Positions 46,129 through 56,909 of a stretch of 64,000 nucleotides of DNA are shown piece after piece (position 1 is the first letter of the stretch; each line of letters begins with the position of its first letter). The notes under the pieces are model-generated. The model ran no database searches. It was not told the origin of the DNA and saw only the letters and a list, made by a program, of their open reading frames with translations. Source of the stretch: Bianqueaceae bacterium (GTDB lineage Bacteria > Bacillota > Clostridia > Lachnospirales > Bianqueaceae); the NCBI GenBank assembly GCA_045631245.1, contig JAZQUJ010000157.1:1207-65206 (forward strand), in the 5' to 3' direction. A program made the position numbers and the translations under genes.

Positions 46129-49128
46129 GTGAAGCATAATGAGAATTCAAGAGTAAAAATACCAGCACTTATTCACTTAACTCGCTTGGGCTATGAATAT
46201 CTTTCTCTCAAAGATTATCAGGGAGAAATCCATGTAGATACCAATATTTTCGTTGAAATTTTTCGCAACAGTGTTAGCCGCATCAACGGCAAAACTTTGT
46301 CTGAACATGATACTGCTGTGCTGATCTCTGAGTTGTCTGTTAAGCTCTCAAATGAGGATCTTGGTAAAGCGTTCTATAACATTTTGCACAACGGAATCAA
46401 TGGCCTTCGTCTGATTGATTTTGAGGACAGCTCTCGCAACACTTATCATGTTGTAACAGAACTGACATATCGGAATGGTGATGACGAATTCAGACCGGAT
46501 ATCATTCTGTTAATCAACGGTATGCCCCTGTCCTTTATTGAGGTTAAAAAGCCCAATAACAAAGACGGTATCATTGCAGAGCACAATCGCATTAATTCAC
46601 GTTTCTCAAGGAAGGTTTTCCGCCGTTTCGTCAATATTACGCAACTGATGGTATTCTCCAACAACATGGAGTATGACGAAGCGGATGTGGAGCCGATTGA
46701 GGGTGCTTTCTATGCGTCCAGCAGCTATGAGAAGCTGTTCTTCAACCGCTTCCGCGAGGAAGAGCCGGCAATCCATACTGCCATTCCCGCAATTGACGAT
46801 GCTAAGGCTGATTTCATCTTGAAAGACAACAATCTTGTGTCCATCAAAGGCACAAATGAATATAGTACCAATCTGAGCGAACTATCGCCCACTAACAGAA
46901 TTCTTACATCTTTATTTTCACATAAGCGATTCCTCTTGCTTTTGCGCTATGGCTTTGCCTACGTCGAACGCTCCGATAAAAATGGTATTAAAACGCTCCA
47001 GAAGCATGTCATGCGCTATCCGCAGTTTTTTGCCACTCTCGCTATTGAAAAGAAACTGAACGAAGGCGCACAACACGGTATCATTTGGCACACACAGGGC
47101 AGTGGTAAAACTGCGCTTGCGTTCCATAATATTCGCTATCTGCGCGATTACTACCAGAAGCAGGGGAAGATCGCCAGGTTTTACTTTATCGTTGACAGAC
47201 TTGATCTGCTGACACAAGCATCCGAAGAATTTACTGCTCGCGGACTCCATGTGGAGAAGGTCAATTCAAAAGAGGATTTCATCAAAAATATCCGTACCAT
47301 TGGTGCGGCAAACAACAGCGGCGAAGATTCCATTACTGTTGTAAACATTCAGAAGTTTTCAATGGAATCCATCGCTCGTAAAGCTGACTATGATGTCAAT
47401 GTTCAACGCGTTTACTTCATGGATGAAGCCCACCGCAGCTATAATCCTAAGGGTTCCTTCCTTGCAAATTTAATGGCATCTGACCGTGAGGCCGTTATGA
47501 TCGCTTTGACCGGCACCCCGCTGATAGGTGATGGCTATAACTCCAAAGATGTTTTCGGTGATTACATCCACAAATATTACTACAACCGTTCCATTGCGGA
47601 CGGCTACACCCTTAAGCTGATCCGCGAGGGCATCAAGACCGAATATCGTGCAAAGCTGCAATCTGTTTTGGACGAGCTGGAAACCCAGAAGGGCTCTTTT
47701 AAGAAGAAGGATGTTTATGCTCATCCTAAATATGTTGCTGCCTTAGTGGAGTATGTCGTTGATGATTTCAAGCGCAGTCGCATTGCACTGAACGACCAGT
47801 CCATCGGCGCTATGATTGTTTGCGACTCCTCCGATCAGGCGCGTATGGTTGAGGATGAGCTGAGCAACTATACTGATTTCAGCCATGTCCTCATTCTGCA
47901 CGACGTGGATGATAAGGAAACCCGCCGTGGCTATCAGGATGATTTCAAGAAGGGTAAGATAGACATTCTTGTGGTTTACAATATGCTCCTGACCGGCTTC
48001 GATGCTCCGCGTCTGAAAAAGCAGTATCTTGGACGCGTGATTCGAGAACACAATCTGCTGCAGACCCTCACTCGCGTCAACCGCCCCTATAAGTCTTTCC
48101 GCTATGGTTATGTGGTGGACTTTGCCGATATCCGTGCCGAATTTGATAAGACCAACGAAGCCTACTTCAAAGAATTGCAGGCTGAGCTGGGTGATGAATT
48201 TGAACGTTATCGCGACATCTTCAAATCTCAGGAAGAGATTGAACAGGACTTACAGGCCATTCAGGATAAGCTCTTTGTGTACGCAACGGACAACGCTGAG
48301 CTGTTCTCTCAGCAGATCACGGCTCTGGACGACAAGAAAGAGCTTCTGGATCTGCGCAGACTGCTTGATACCTACAAGGAACTGTTCAATATCATCAAGC
48401 TGTTCGGTTATGACGAGCTTGCCCAGCGCTTCAGCATGGACACGCTCCATGCCCTCTACAACGAGGTCAATAACCGTATCAATTTGGTCAACCTCAAAGA
48501 AAATCTCCAGAACAGCGAGGATGTTTCCGGTCTGCTGAATATGGCTCTGGATCAAGTGGAGTTCCATTTCCGCAAGGTATCCGAGGATGAAATGGTCATC
48601 GCGGATAAATTTCAGGATATTTTGGAAAAGACCCGTCGGGAACTGGAACGCAGCCTTGATCCCAAGGATCCCGAATACATCACTTTGCTGGATGAACTCA
48701 AGCGCATCTTCAAAAAGAAGAATATTGAAGAACTGACTGCCGATGAAATGAAGGCCAACATCGATGAACTTGAACGCATCCGCAAGGCTGCTGCGCAGCA
48801 AAACCTGCGTGATCAGATGCTTTGTGCCAAATATGGCAACGACGCAAAGTATATGCGTACTCACAAGCGGTTGAAAGAAGTACCGCCGCCCATCGGAAGC
48901 GATCCCATCATCTTTGGTATCCTCGTAGGTGTGAAAACCGAAGTCGATCAAAAAGTGCTGAAAAATCAGCGTATGATGGACAACCACGCCTATTTTACAC
49001 AGGAAATCATGCCCACGATTATTCAGTCGTGCCGCACTCACGGAGTACAGCCTACACTGGATCAGGTGCGCTATATTGACACCTGCATTTCCGGCGAATA
49101 CTTCGCAGAAAGGACTTGGACAGCATAA
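46129..49128 (+). CDS. hsdR: type I restriction enzyme, R subunit
   Basis: N-terminal nuclease region (IEVKKP), SF2 motifs TQGSGKT and MDEAHRS, and a long helical C-terminus. Confidence 0.9.
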   Translation: MKHNENSRVKIPALIHLTRLGYEYLSLKDYQGEIHVDTNIFVEIFRNSVSRINGKTLSEHDTAVLISELSVKLSNEDLGKAFYNILHNGINGLRLIDFEDSSRNTYHVVTELTYRNGDDEFRPDIILLINGMPLSFIEVKKPNNKDGIIAEHNRINSRFSRKVFRRFVNITQLMVFSNNMEYDEADVEPIEGAFYASSSYEKLFFNRFREEEPAIHTAIPAIDDAKADFILKDNNLVSIKGTNEYSTNLSELSPTNRILTSLFSHKRFLLLLRYGFAYVERSDKNGIKTLQKHVMRYPQFFATLAIEKKLNEGAQHGIIWHTQGSGKTALAFHNIRYLRDYYQKQGKIARFYFIVDRLDLLTQASEEFTARGLHVEKVNSKEDFIKNIRTIGAANNSGEDSITVVNIQKFSMESIARKADYDVNVQRVYFMDEAHRSYNPKGSFLANLMASDREAVMIALTGTPLIGDGYNSKDVFGDYIHKYYYNRSIADGYTLKLIREGIKTEYRAKLQSVLDELETQKGSFKKKDVYAHPKYVAALVEYVVDDFKRSRIALNDQSIGAMIVCDSSDQARMVEDELSNYTDFSHVLILHDVDDKETRRGYQDDFKKGKIDILVVYNMLLTGFDAPRLKKQYLGRVIREHNLLQTLTRVNRPYKSFRYGYVVDFADIRAEFDKTNEAYFKELQAELGDEFERYRDIFKSQEEIEQDLQAIQDKLFVYATDNAELFSQQITALDDKKELLDLRRLLDTYKELFNIIKLFGYDELAQRFSMDTLHALYNEVNNRINLVNLKENLQNSEDVSGLLNMALDQVEFHFRKVSEDEMVIADKFQDILEKTRRELERSLDPKDPEYITLLDELKRIFKKKNIEELTADEMKANIDELERIRKAAAQQNLRDQMLCAKYGNDAKYMRTHKRLKEVPPPIGSDPIIFGILVGVKTEVDQKVLKNQRMMDNHAYFTQEIMPTIIQSCRTHGVQPTLDQVRYIDTCISGEYFAERTWTA

Positions 49129-50789
49129 TGCAAATTGAAAATATTACCCTCAGAACAAAGCGAATGATCGACGACCTTAAGACCATCTGCGCCAACTTCG
49201 GCTTGGGTGGCTCTCCCGGCGAGTATAAGATCATCACGCAGGTGTTCCTGTATAAATACCTCAGTGACAAATTTCTCTATGAAGCAAAGAAAGCAGAGCC
49301 TACGCTTGCCAATGCAGAAAACATCGAGGAAGCGCTGTCTGCCATGCCGGATGATCAGTACGAAATGCTCGGCTATATGCTTGGCGGCAGTACGGCCAAG
49401 TTGAAAAAAACACACTATATTTCCTATCTGTTCAACCATCAGAATGATGAAACCATGCGTAAAGCAGACGGCAACATTTATCTCTTCCATGAGCTATTTG
49501 ATGATACGCTGGTGGATATCGCCAACCACAACCTTGATATTTTCTCGGTACAGACCGGTGGCGAAGAGAAGATTCGTCTGTTCGATCCGATTTCTCAGTA
49601 TGTCATTGAGAGCGTTAAGAAGCCTCCGTTCTGCCGCGCCATCATCAATAAACTGGTGGAGTTCAGCTTTGCCGATGTGTTTGAACAGAAGTATGATTTC
49701 TTTGCACAGATTTTCGAGTATCTGATCAAGGACTACAACAAGGACTTCGGTAAGTACGCCGAATACTATACCCCACACGCCATCGCAAACATTATCGCCC
49801 GTATTATGGTACAGGGCGATGTTAGCAATGTGTCCGTCTATGACCCCGCAGCCGGTTCCGGCACACTGGTATTGGCTCTGGCACACCAGATCGGTGAGGA
49901 TAACTGTACCATTTTCACGCAAGATATCTCTGCCAAATCCAACGAGTTCCTGCGCCTGAATCTGATTCTCAATAACCTTGTCCACTCTCTGGGCAATGTG
50001 GTGCATGATGATACGCTGATTGCGCCCCGCCACCTGAATGCCAAGAAAAACAGACTGGCACAGTTTGACTATATTGTCAGCAATCCGCCCTTCAACATGG
50101 ATTTCAGCGATAATCAACCGGAGCTGGCAAGTGATAAGCACAAGGAGCGCTTCTTCGCCGGTGCGCCCAGCATTCCGAAAAAGGACAAGGATGGCATGGC
50201 AATTTACCAGCTGTTCATCCAGCACATTCTGTACTCCCTTGCACCCAAGGGCAAAGCCGCTATCGTTGTACCCACCGGTTTTTTGACTGCCGGATCGGGC
50301 ATCCCCAAAAAGATCCGCGAGTATTTGGTAAAAAACCGGATGCTGCGTGGTGTGGTTTCCATGCCCTCCAATATCTTTGCTACCACCGGCACCAATGTTT
50401 CCATCCTGTTCCTTGACCGCGAAAACACCGATGGCAATGTGATTTTGATGGATGCGTCTAAACTTGGCACAAAGGTAAAACTGGACGGCAAGAATCAGCG
50501 CACCGTATTAAGTCCAGAAGAAATCGCGAAAATCATCGATACTTTCAACGCTGGAAAAGCCGAGGATGATTTCTGTGTGGCGGTCAGTTATTTGGATATC
50601 GAGGCAAAGAAGCTTTCCTTCTCCGCCGGTCAGTATTTCGAGGTCAAGATTGAATATGTGGAGCTGACACCTAAAGAATTTGCTGATAAGATGAACGGTT
50701 TTGCTTCCCAATTAGATGAACTGTTCGCAGAAAGCCGTCGTTTGGAGGATGAGATTAAGGTACAGTTGGGGCGGGTGAAATATGAGTAG
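49128..50789 (+). CDS. hsdM: type I restriction-modification N6-adenine methyltransferase subunit
   Basis: TAATG overlap with hsdR. Motif I DPAAGSGT and motif IV SNPPFN. Confidence 0.9.
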   Translation: MQIENITLRTKRMIDDLKTICANFGLGGSPGEYKIITQVFLYKYLSDKFLYEAKKAEPTLANAENIEEALSAMPDDQYEMLGYMLGGSTAKLKKTHYISYLFNHQNDETMRKADGNIYLFHELFDDTLVDIANHNLDIFSVQTGGEEKIRLFDPISQYVIESVKKPPFCRAIINKLVEFSFADVFEQKYDFFAQIFEYLIKDYNKDFGKYAEYYTPHAIANIIARIMVQGDVSNVSVYDPAAGSGTLVLALAHQIGEDNCTIFTQDISAKSNEFLRLNLILNNLVHSLGNVVHDDTLIAPRHLNAKKNRLAQFDYIVSNPPFNMDFSDNQPELASDKHKERFFAGAPSIPKKDKDGMAIYQLFIQHILYSLAPKGKAAIVVPTGFLTAGSGIPKKIREYLVKNRMLRGVVSMPSNIFATTGTNVSILFLDRENTDGNVILMDASKLGTKVKLDGKNQRTVLSPEEIAKIIDTFNAGKAEDDFCVAVSYLDIEAKKLSFSAGQYFEVKIEYVELTPKEFADKMNGFASQLDELFAESRRLEDEIKVQLGRVKYE

Positions 50790-51969
50790 ATATACAGCAA
50801 CACCTATTCGTGAAATTGGAACTGTTGTAACTGGAAAAACTCCCTCGACGTCTGAAAAGCACTACTATAATGGCGAATATATGTTTATTACGCCAGTTGA
50901 ATTACATGATGGATATAATGTTGCTTGTTCAGAAAAGACTCTTACTGAAGCTGGTTTGAAGAGCATATCGTCAAATTCTATTTGTGGCACAAGCGTGCTT
51001 GTTGGTTGCATTGGATGGGATATGGGAAATGTTGCAATGTGCCATAAAAAGTGTGCAACAAATCAACAAATAAACGCCATTACTAAATTTAAACCGCAGT
51101 ATAATCCGTATTACGTATACTACTGGTTATCTCAGAAAAAAGAATATTTGTTTTCTATAGCATCAGTAACAAGAACACCGATACTAAGCAAAGGGACTTT
51201 CGAAGAGGTCATCATTCCGATACCATCAAAGGATATACAGGATTCAGTTGTAGATGTCTTGAAACCATTTGATGAGAGAATTGTAATTAACAAGCGTATC
51301 TGCGCCGAACTGGAAGCTATGGCAAAAACGCTATATGACTACTGGTTTACGCAGTTTGATTTCCCGAATGCGGATGGGAAACCCTATCGTTCTTCCGGAG
51401 GCGAAATGGTCTGGAATGACCAACTCAAGCGCGAAATCCCGAAGGGGTGGGAAGTAGATATCATTGGAAATATCCTGTCAAAAATTCCAAATACAACACG
51501 AATTCAAACAAGTGAATACTTGAGTGATGGTAATATTCCTGTCATTGATCAAAGCGCAGATTATATTGCCGGGTATACAAACGAAACAGATGCTTTGTTG
51601 TCATCGCCTACGGGTTATGTTGTCTTTGGAGATCATACCCGTATTGTAAAATATATTCGTTTCCCGTTTGCGCGTGGAGCAGATGGAACACAAATCCTGA
51701 AATCCAACACGCTACGCGTCCCTGATGAGCTCTTATATCAAATTGTCCAGAGCGTGGATTTATCCAATTATGGCTATGCAAGGCATTTCAAGTTCTTGAA
51801 GGATACGCTGACAGTAATCCCAGATGAAATGGTTGCAAAAAAGTATGTCGAAATAGTAACGCCAATATTCGATAAGCAAGTTCAATTGACATTTGAAAAT
51901 ATTGAACTCACAAAACTTCGTGATTGGCTGCTTCCCATGCTCATGAACGGACAAGCCACAGTAGAATGA
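50782..51969 (+). CDS. hsdS: type I restriction-modification specificity subunit
   Basis: Overlaps hsdM. Two target-recognition halves are separated by conserved helices (LEAMAKTLYDYWF, LRDWLLPMLMNGQ). Confidence 0.85.
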   Translation: MSRYTATPIREIGTVVTGKTPSTSEKHYYNGEYMFITPVELHDGYNVACSEKTLTEAGLKSISSNSICGTSVLVGCIGWDMGNVAMCHKKCATNQQINAITKFKPQYNPYYVYYWLSQKKEYLFSIASVTRTPILSKGTFEEVIIPIPSKDIQDSVVDVLKPFDERIVINKRICAELEAMAKTLYDYWFTQFDFPNADGKPYRSSGGEMVWNDQLKREIPKGWEVDIIGNILSKIPNTTRIQTSEYLSDGNIPVIDQSADYIAGYTNETDALLSSPTGYVVFGDHTRIVKYIRFPFARGADGTQILKSNTLRVPDELLYQIVQSVDLSNYGYARHFKFLKDTLTVIPDEMVAKKYVEIVTPIFDKQVQLTFENIELTKLRDWLLPMLMNGQATVE

Positions 51970-51980
51970 GGTGATTTAAT

Positions 51981-52718
51981 ATGCAATTACTGAAATTTAT
52001 GGAATCTGTAGATCTTGCAGCTAAGCAGGAAACAGAGCGTGCAAAGCTGCTCTGTTTCTACCATTACAAAGAGGACGGAGAAACTACTTTTACAATGGCG
52101 ACCATTTCTCTTTGGCTGGAAGAATGCAATTTCAGTAAGCCAAATGCATCTCGCCTAAAGGAGCATTTGATCAAAGGAAAAGCCAAATCTTTCCTGGCAT
52201 CAAAGACTGTCAAAGGAGCCATTGAGTTTGTTCCCGCTGTTCTTCAGGCGATGGAGCGTGACTACGGCGCTTTGTGGGCAGATACCGTGACCATTGAGTC
52301 TCATGATGAACTGATTGAGGAAGCAAAGTTCTGCGGAAAACGTGTGTTTCTGACGCGGCTGATTCAGCAAATCAATTTTACATATGGAAACAACTGCTTC
52401 GATGCCTGCGCTGTTCTAATGCGCAGACTTTTTGAAGTGCTTCTGGTCTTAGCGTATCAAAACAAAGGCATTGAAGCGGATATTACCAAACCAGATGGCA
52501 GTCACAAAATGTTGGAAGGTATTGTAAAAGATGCCGTGCAGAATAAGACGCTTGGAGTTCCTGCGAGAATTTCCAAAAACTTCGATGCATTCCGCGAAGT
52601 GGGCAACAATTCTGCGCACAGCATTACTTATACCGCGGGAAAGCTCGATATTGACAATATCGCCCGAGATTACCGCGTCATGCTGGAAGATTTATATAAC
52701 CGAGCCGGTTTGATGTAA
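51981..52718 (+). CDS. DUF4145-like protein
   Basis: C-terminal pattern AVLMRRLFEVLL...FREVGNNSAHS resembles the DUF4145 signature that is often embedded in type I R-M loci. Confidence 0.55.
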   Translation: MQLLKFMESVDLAAKQETERAKLLCFYHYKEDGETTFTMATISLWLEECNFSKPNASRLKEHLIKGKAKSFLASKTVKGAIEFVPAVLQAMERDYGALWADTVTIESHDELIEEAKFCGKRVFLTRLIQQINFTYGNNCFDACAVLMRRLFEVLLVLAYQNKGIEADITKPDGSHKMLEGIVKDAVQNKTLGVPARISKNFDAFREVGNNSAHSITYTAGKLDIDNIARDYRVMLEDLYNRAGLM

Positions 52719-52732
52719 GGAGGATTGAACAA

Positions 52733-53689
52733 GTGAGCGAAGTCTTAAAACTGAAATATAAAGTGGGCAAAATTGAATTTGAGGCAGAAGGACCTGCCGA
52801 TGCAGTTGAGCAGCAGCGCGTCAATTTCATGAACTCAGTGTTGCCCGCTGCTGTTGAAGCGATGGTAAGAACGCAGACCGTTGTCGAGCGGCAGCCGTAT
52901 ATCGAGTCTGCGGCACAACCGGCACTGCTTGAGGCGGGTGTATCTGATGTGCCTATGACGACTCCCCATCAAACAGAAAATGTTTTTTCTCGAACAAGTC
53001 TGTCTTCCTTTTTGAAGAAATACGGAGCGCTTAGTGAACAAGATTTCACTTTGTTTGCTGCATTTTTTGATGAACAGAAAAACGGGAAAAAGTCTTTTTC
53101 GATTGACGATGTGAAACGTTATTATGCGGAAGCACGACGAACGATGCCTAAAAATCCGAGCATGTCAACATTTCGGCTTGCAGAAAAGGGATACATTATG
53201 GATGCCCCTAAGCCTGAAGATGTGAAAAACGGGAATTACTATATGCTAACCACCGATGGCATTGCGTATATCGAATCTTATGTTCCAAAAGAGGATTTGG
53301 GTGAAAAGAAGCCTCGTGCTAAAGCGAAAAAATCTGTGCCGAAGATTTCCGAAGCTTATGCATCTATTAACGCTGACGATCTAAATACTAAGAATTATCC
53401 AGCAGTTAAGTCTCTATCAGGAGCCAAAGAACAGGTCATCATGGCAATGTATATTGTTGTCAATGAAGGAAAAGGAGAATGGTTTACTGTTGAGGATGTT
53501 ATCCATTTGCTTGTCAATGTTTTTGAAGTACCCGCAAATACAGATATGGTAAATGGGGTATTCAAGAGAAACAAGAGTATGTTTGCGACAGAAAAAGATC
53601 CTGCTAATCCTAAGGCGTTTCGCAAAAAACTTCTCTCTGGCGCCAAGGATTTTGCTGTGGGGATCATTGAAAATAGAAAGGCAGAATAA
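52733..53689 (+). CDS. hypothetical protein (318 aa)
   Basis: GTG start follows AGGAGG. No motif recognised. The central linker is K-rich. Confidence 0.6.
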   Translation: MSEVLKLKYKVGKIEFEAEGPADAVEQQRVNFMNSVLPAAVEAMVRTQTVVERQPYIESAAQPALLEAGVSDVPMTTPHQTENVFSRTSLSSFLKKYGALSEQDFTLFAAFFDEQKNGKKSFSIDDVKRYYAEARRTMPKNPSMSTFRLAEKGYIMDAPKPEDVKNGNYYMLTTDGIAYIESYVPKEDLGEKKPRAKAKKSVPKISEAYASINADDLNTKNYPAVKSLSGAKEQVIMAMYIVVNEGKGEWFTVEDVIHLLVNVFEVPANTDMVNGVFKRNKSMFATEKDPANPKAFRKKLLSGAKDFAVGIIENRKAE

Positions 53690-53753
53690 AACTGTAGCCT
53701 GCCAGCGCACTTGCTACAGGTATATTGACGCCGCACGAAAAGGAGTGCCTATT

Positions 53754-56700
53754 ATGTTACACCACGGTCTTTATGAACAAGTAATCAATAGTCAGCTGAG
53801 CAGCGAGCTTTCGGAGATTTCTGAAGCCCGCAAGGCTGTTGCGCCCATCGATAAGGCAGAAGCATCCAAGGTGCTGGCGCAGTATTTGGCTGACGTGGTT
53901 CAAAAGGGCCTGGATAACGTGGTTGATAATGGCGGGGATATCTCTGCCCAACTCGCTCTGACCAATCAGATTGTTGACCTTATTCAAAACACTACAAGAG
54001 AAGCTGACTTTGCCATGCTGGGTGTTGACCAGCGCGCAGCGCAGCTTCTTGCTCTTTTGAGAGAAACAGATCCTCGACTTGCGGTGGGTAAAACGGCGGC
54101 AGATTTGAGTCGTCCGGAAACCTCTATTGCACAAAGTTCTTTATTTACTGGCGCAATTCATGAACCCCAAATGTACACTGAGCTGAAAAAGGAAATCGTA
54201 TCCGCAGATCGTATTGACATGCTAGTTTCCTTTATCAAGTGGAGTGGTCTGCGTCTCCTGATGGACGAGCTTCGCGAGTTTACCATGAACGGTGGCGAGT
54301 TGCGTATCATCACCACTTCCTATATGGGTGCTACTGATGTGAAAGCAATTGAAGAGCTGCGACAGCTGCCCAATACCACCATCAAAGTAAGTTACGATAC
54401 TAAGCGCACCCGCCTTCACGCGAAGACCTATGTTTTCTGCCGTAACACTGGCTTCACTACTGCCTATGTTGGCTCTTCCAACCTTTCCAATGCCGCTATT
54501 TCCAGTGGATTGGAGTGGAACGTGAAGGTTACAAAGAAGGACCTTCCTGAGACCATCGATAAGATCGCGGCGACCTTCGAAAGTTACTGGAATTCCAATG
54601 AATTTGAGTATTACTCTGAGGATCAAAAGGAGCGCTTAGCACGCGCCTTGAAGGCGGAGAAATACATAGACGGCAACAATCCTGAAGTCTACACCATGGA
54701 TATCATGCCATATTCCTATCAGCAGGAGATTCTGGATAAGCTGGAAGCAGAACGCAAGGTGCGTGGCTATAACCGCAACCTGGTTGTTGCGGCAACCGGT
54801 ACCGGTAAAACGGTTATCTCTGCACTGGATTATAAACGCTTCCGTAAGCAAAATCCGGGAAAGCCCTGTCGTTTGCTGTTTGTGGCACATCGTGAAGAGA
54901 TTCTGAAACAAAGCTTATACACTTTCCGTGCGGTTTTGAAGGATGCAAACTTTGGTGAGATGTTTGTCGGCAACTACAAGCCAGACAGCATTGAAAATCT
55001 CTTTATTTCTATTCAGACCTTTAACTCCCAGGATTTTACCGCAAAGACGGCGCCTGATTTCTATGACTATATCATCGTGGACGAGTTCCATCATGCTGCG
55101 GCACCTACATACCAGAAGCTCTTGGCGTATTATCAGCCGCAGATTCTGCTCGGATTGACGGCCACCCCGGAACGTATGGACGGTAAGAGCATTCTGCCGT
55201 ACTTCAACAATCGTATTGCGGCGGAGATTCGTTTGCCTGAAGCTATTGATCGTAAGCTGTTGTGCCCGTTCCAGTATTTCGGCGTTACCGATACTGTTGA
55301 TCTGGATACGCTCAAATGGAGTGCTGGAGGTTACGACAAAGGTGAGCTGACTAAGGTTTACACATTCAGCGGCGCAATGGCCAACCGTCGTGCTGACCTT
55401 GTCGTGAGTTCTTTGTTGAAATATGTGACCGACATCAACGATGTTAAGGGTCTCGGCTTCTGTGTCTCCATTGAGCATGCGGAGTTTATGTGTCGCTATT
55501 TCAATGAGCACAATATTCCATCTATGTTCCTGACCGGACATTCTCCTGATGAGGAAAGAAAAAATGCCAAGCAGCGTTTGGTTGCGGGCGAAGTACGCTT
55601 TATCTTTGTTGTAGATATCTATAACGAGGGCGTTGATATTCCTGAGGTCAACACCGTTCTTTTCCTGCGTCCAACAGAGTCCCTGACCATATTCTTGCAG
55701 CAGTTAGGCCGTGGCTTGCGTTTGGCTGAAGATAAAGAATGCCTAACTGTTTTGGACTTTATCGGTCAGGCAAATAAAAAATATAACTTTGAAGATAAGT
55801 TTGCGGCGCTGCTGAGTAACACCACGCGCAGTGTAACCCGCGAAATTAAGGATGGTTTTGTTTCTGTGCCGAAGGGTTGCTATATTCAGCTGGAAAAGAA
55901 AGCTGCTAAATATATTCTTGATAACATCCGAGCTTCCTATGGTAATACGGCAGGCTTGGTATCCCGTGTTGCCACCTTTGAAGAGGATAGCGGATTAGAG
56001 CTTACTCTGAAGAATTTCCTGGATTATTATCATCTGGACACGAGAGCAATCTATAAGTTTACATCATTCTCTCGTCTTTGTGCCAGAGCAGATGTCATCA
56101 AGGATTTCGAGGAACCGCTAGAAGAAACGATCACCAAGGCCTTTGCACGTCTTGCTGTGATCGACTCCAGACGTTGGATATCCTTCTTACTAGATATTCT
56201 TCCTCGCCTGGATAATGTAAATTTTGCCGCTTTGAGCGATGTTGAAAAGCGCATGCTTCAGATGTTCTATATTACTGTATGGGGTAAGAGTGCGGGTTCC
56301 TGGGATAACGAAGAGGTACTGGACAACCTCTATGCGCTGTCCGATAGCACGACACTGATGGGTGAGCTAATAAGTCTGCTTCAATATCGGTATGAACAGA
56401 TTGATTTTATTGATGAACCTGTTGACTTGGGTTTTGATTGTCCGTTGGATCTACATTGCACATATACCCGTGATCAGTTGTTGGTAGCTATGGATTTTAT
56501 GAAGCCGGCTACTGTGCGTGAGGGCGTGAAGTGGTTACCGGATAAGCAAATTGATGTACTGTTTGTGACGCTGAATAAATCTGATAAGGACTACTCTCCG
56601 ACCACTATGTATCATGACTACTCAATCAATGAAAACTTGTTCCATTGGCAGAGTCAGAGTACAACCAATGATACCGGTTCTGTTGGACAGCGTTATATTC

Positions 56701-56909
56701 ATCATAAAGAACGTGGTAGCAAAGTTCTGTTTTTTGTCCGTGAGTATAAAGCGGATCGGATCACGAATGGTGCTGAAGCCTACACCTATCTGGGAACAGC
56801 AAACTACGTGCAGCATCAGGGATTTAGACCGATGAATATCACATGGCGCTTGGATCGACCGATTCCGGCGAAGTTTTTGAAAAAGACAAATAAGTTGGTG
56901 GTGGGATAA
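53754..56909 (+). CDS. PLD-nuclease / SF2 helicase / DUF3427 fusion protein
   Basis: ATG at 53754 follows AAAGGAG. HKD-like motif RLHAKTYVF...VGSSNLS. Helicase motifs AATGTGKT, VDEFHH, LTATPER and QQLGRGLR. DUF3427-like tail (FHWQSQSTT...NITWRLDRPIP). Confidence 0.85.
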   Translation: MLHHGLYEQVINSQLSSELSEISEARKAVAPIDKAEASKVLAQYLADVVQKGLDNVVDNGGDISAQLALTNQIVDLIQNTTREADFAMLGVDQRAAQLLALLRETDPRLAVGKTAADLSRPETSIAQSSLFTGAIHEPQMYTELKKEIVSADRIDMLVSFIKWSGLRLLMDELREFTMNGGELRIITTSYMGATDVKAIEELRQLPNTTIKVSYDTKRTRLHAKTYVFCRNTGFTTAYVGSSNLSNAAISSGLEWNVKVTKKDLPETIDKIAATFESYWNSNEFEYYSEDQKERLARALKAEKYIDGNNPEVYTMDIMPYSYQQEILDKLEAERKVRGYNRNLVVAATGTGKTVISALDYKRFRKQNPGKPCRLLFVAHREEILKQSLYTFRAVLKDANFGEMFVGNYKPDSIENLFISIQTFNSQDFTAKTAPDFYDYIIVDEFHHAAAPTYQKLLAYYQPQILLGLTATPERMDGKSILPYFNNRIAAEIRLPEAIDRKLLCPFQYFGVTDTVDLDTLKWSAGGYDKGELTKVYTFSGAMANRRADLVVSSLLKYVTDINDVKGLGFCVSIEHAEFMCRYFNEHNIPSMFLTGHSPDEERKNAKQRLVAGEVRFIFVVDIYNEGVDIPEVNTVLFLRPTESLTIFLQQLGRGLRLAEDKECLTVLDFIGQANKKYNFEDKFAALLSNTTRSVTREIKDGFVSVPKGCYIQLEKKAAKYILDNIRASYGNTAGLVSRVATFEEDSGLELTLKNFLDYYHLDTRAIYKFTSFSRLCARADVIKDFEEPLEETITKAFARLAVIDSRRWISFLLDILPRLDNVNFAALSDVEKRMLQMFYITVWGKSAGSWDNEEVLDNLYALSDSTTLMGELISLLQYRYEQIDFIDEPVDLGFDCPLDLHCTYTRDQLLVAMDFMKPATVREGVKWLPDKQIDVLFVTLNKSDKDYSPTTMYHDYSINENLFHWQSQSTTNDTGSVGQRYIHHKERGSKVLFFVREYKADRITNGAEAYTYLGTANYVQHQGFRPMNITWRLDRPIPAKFLKKTNKLVVG

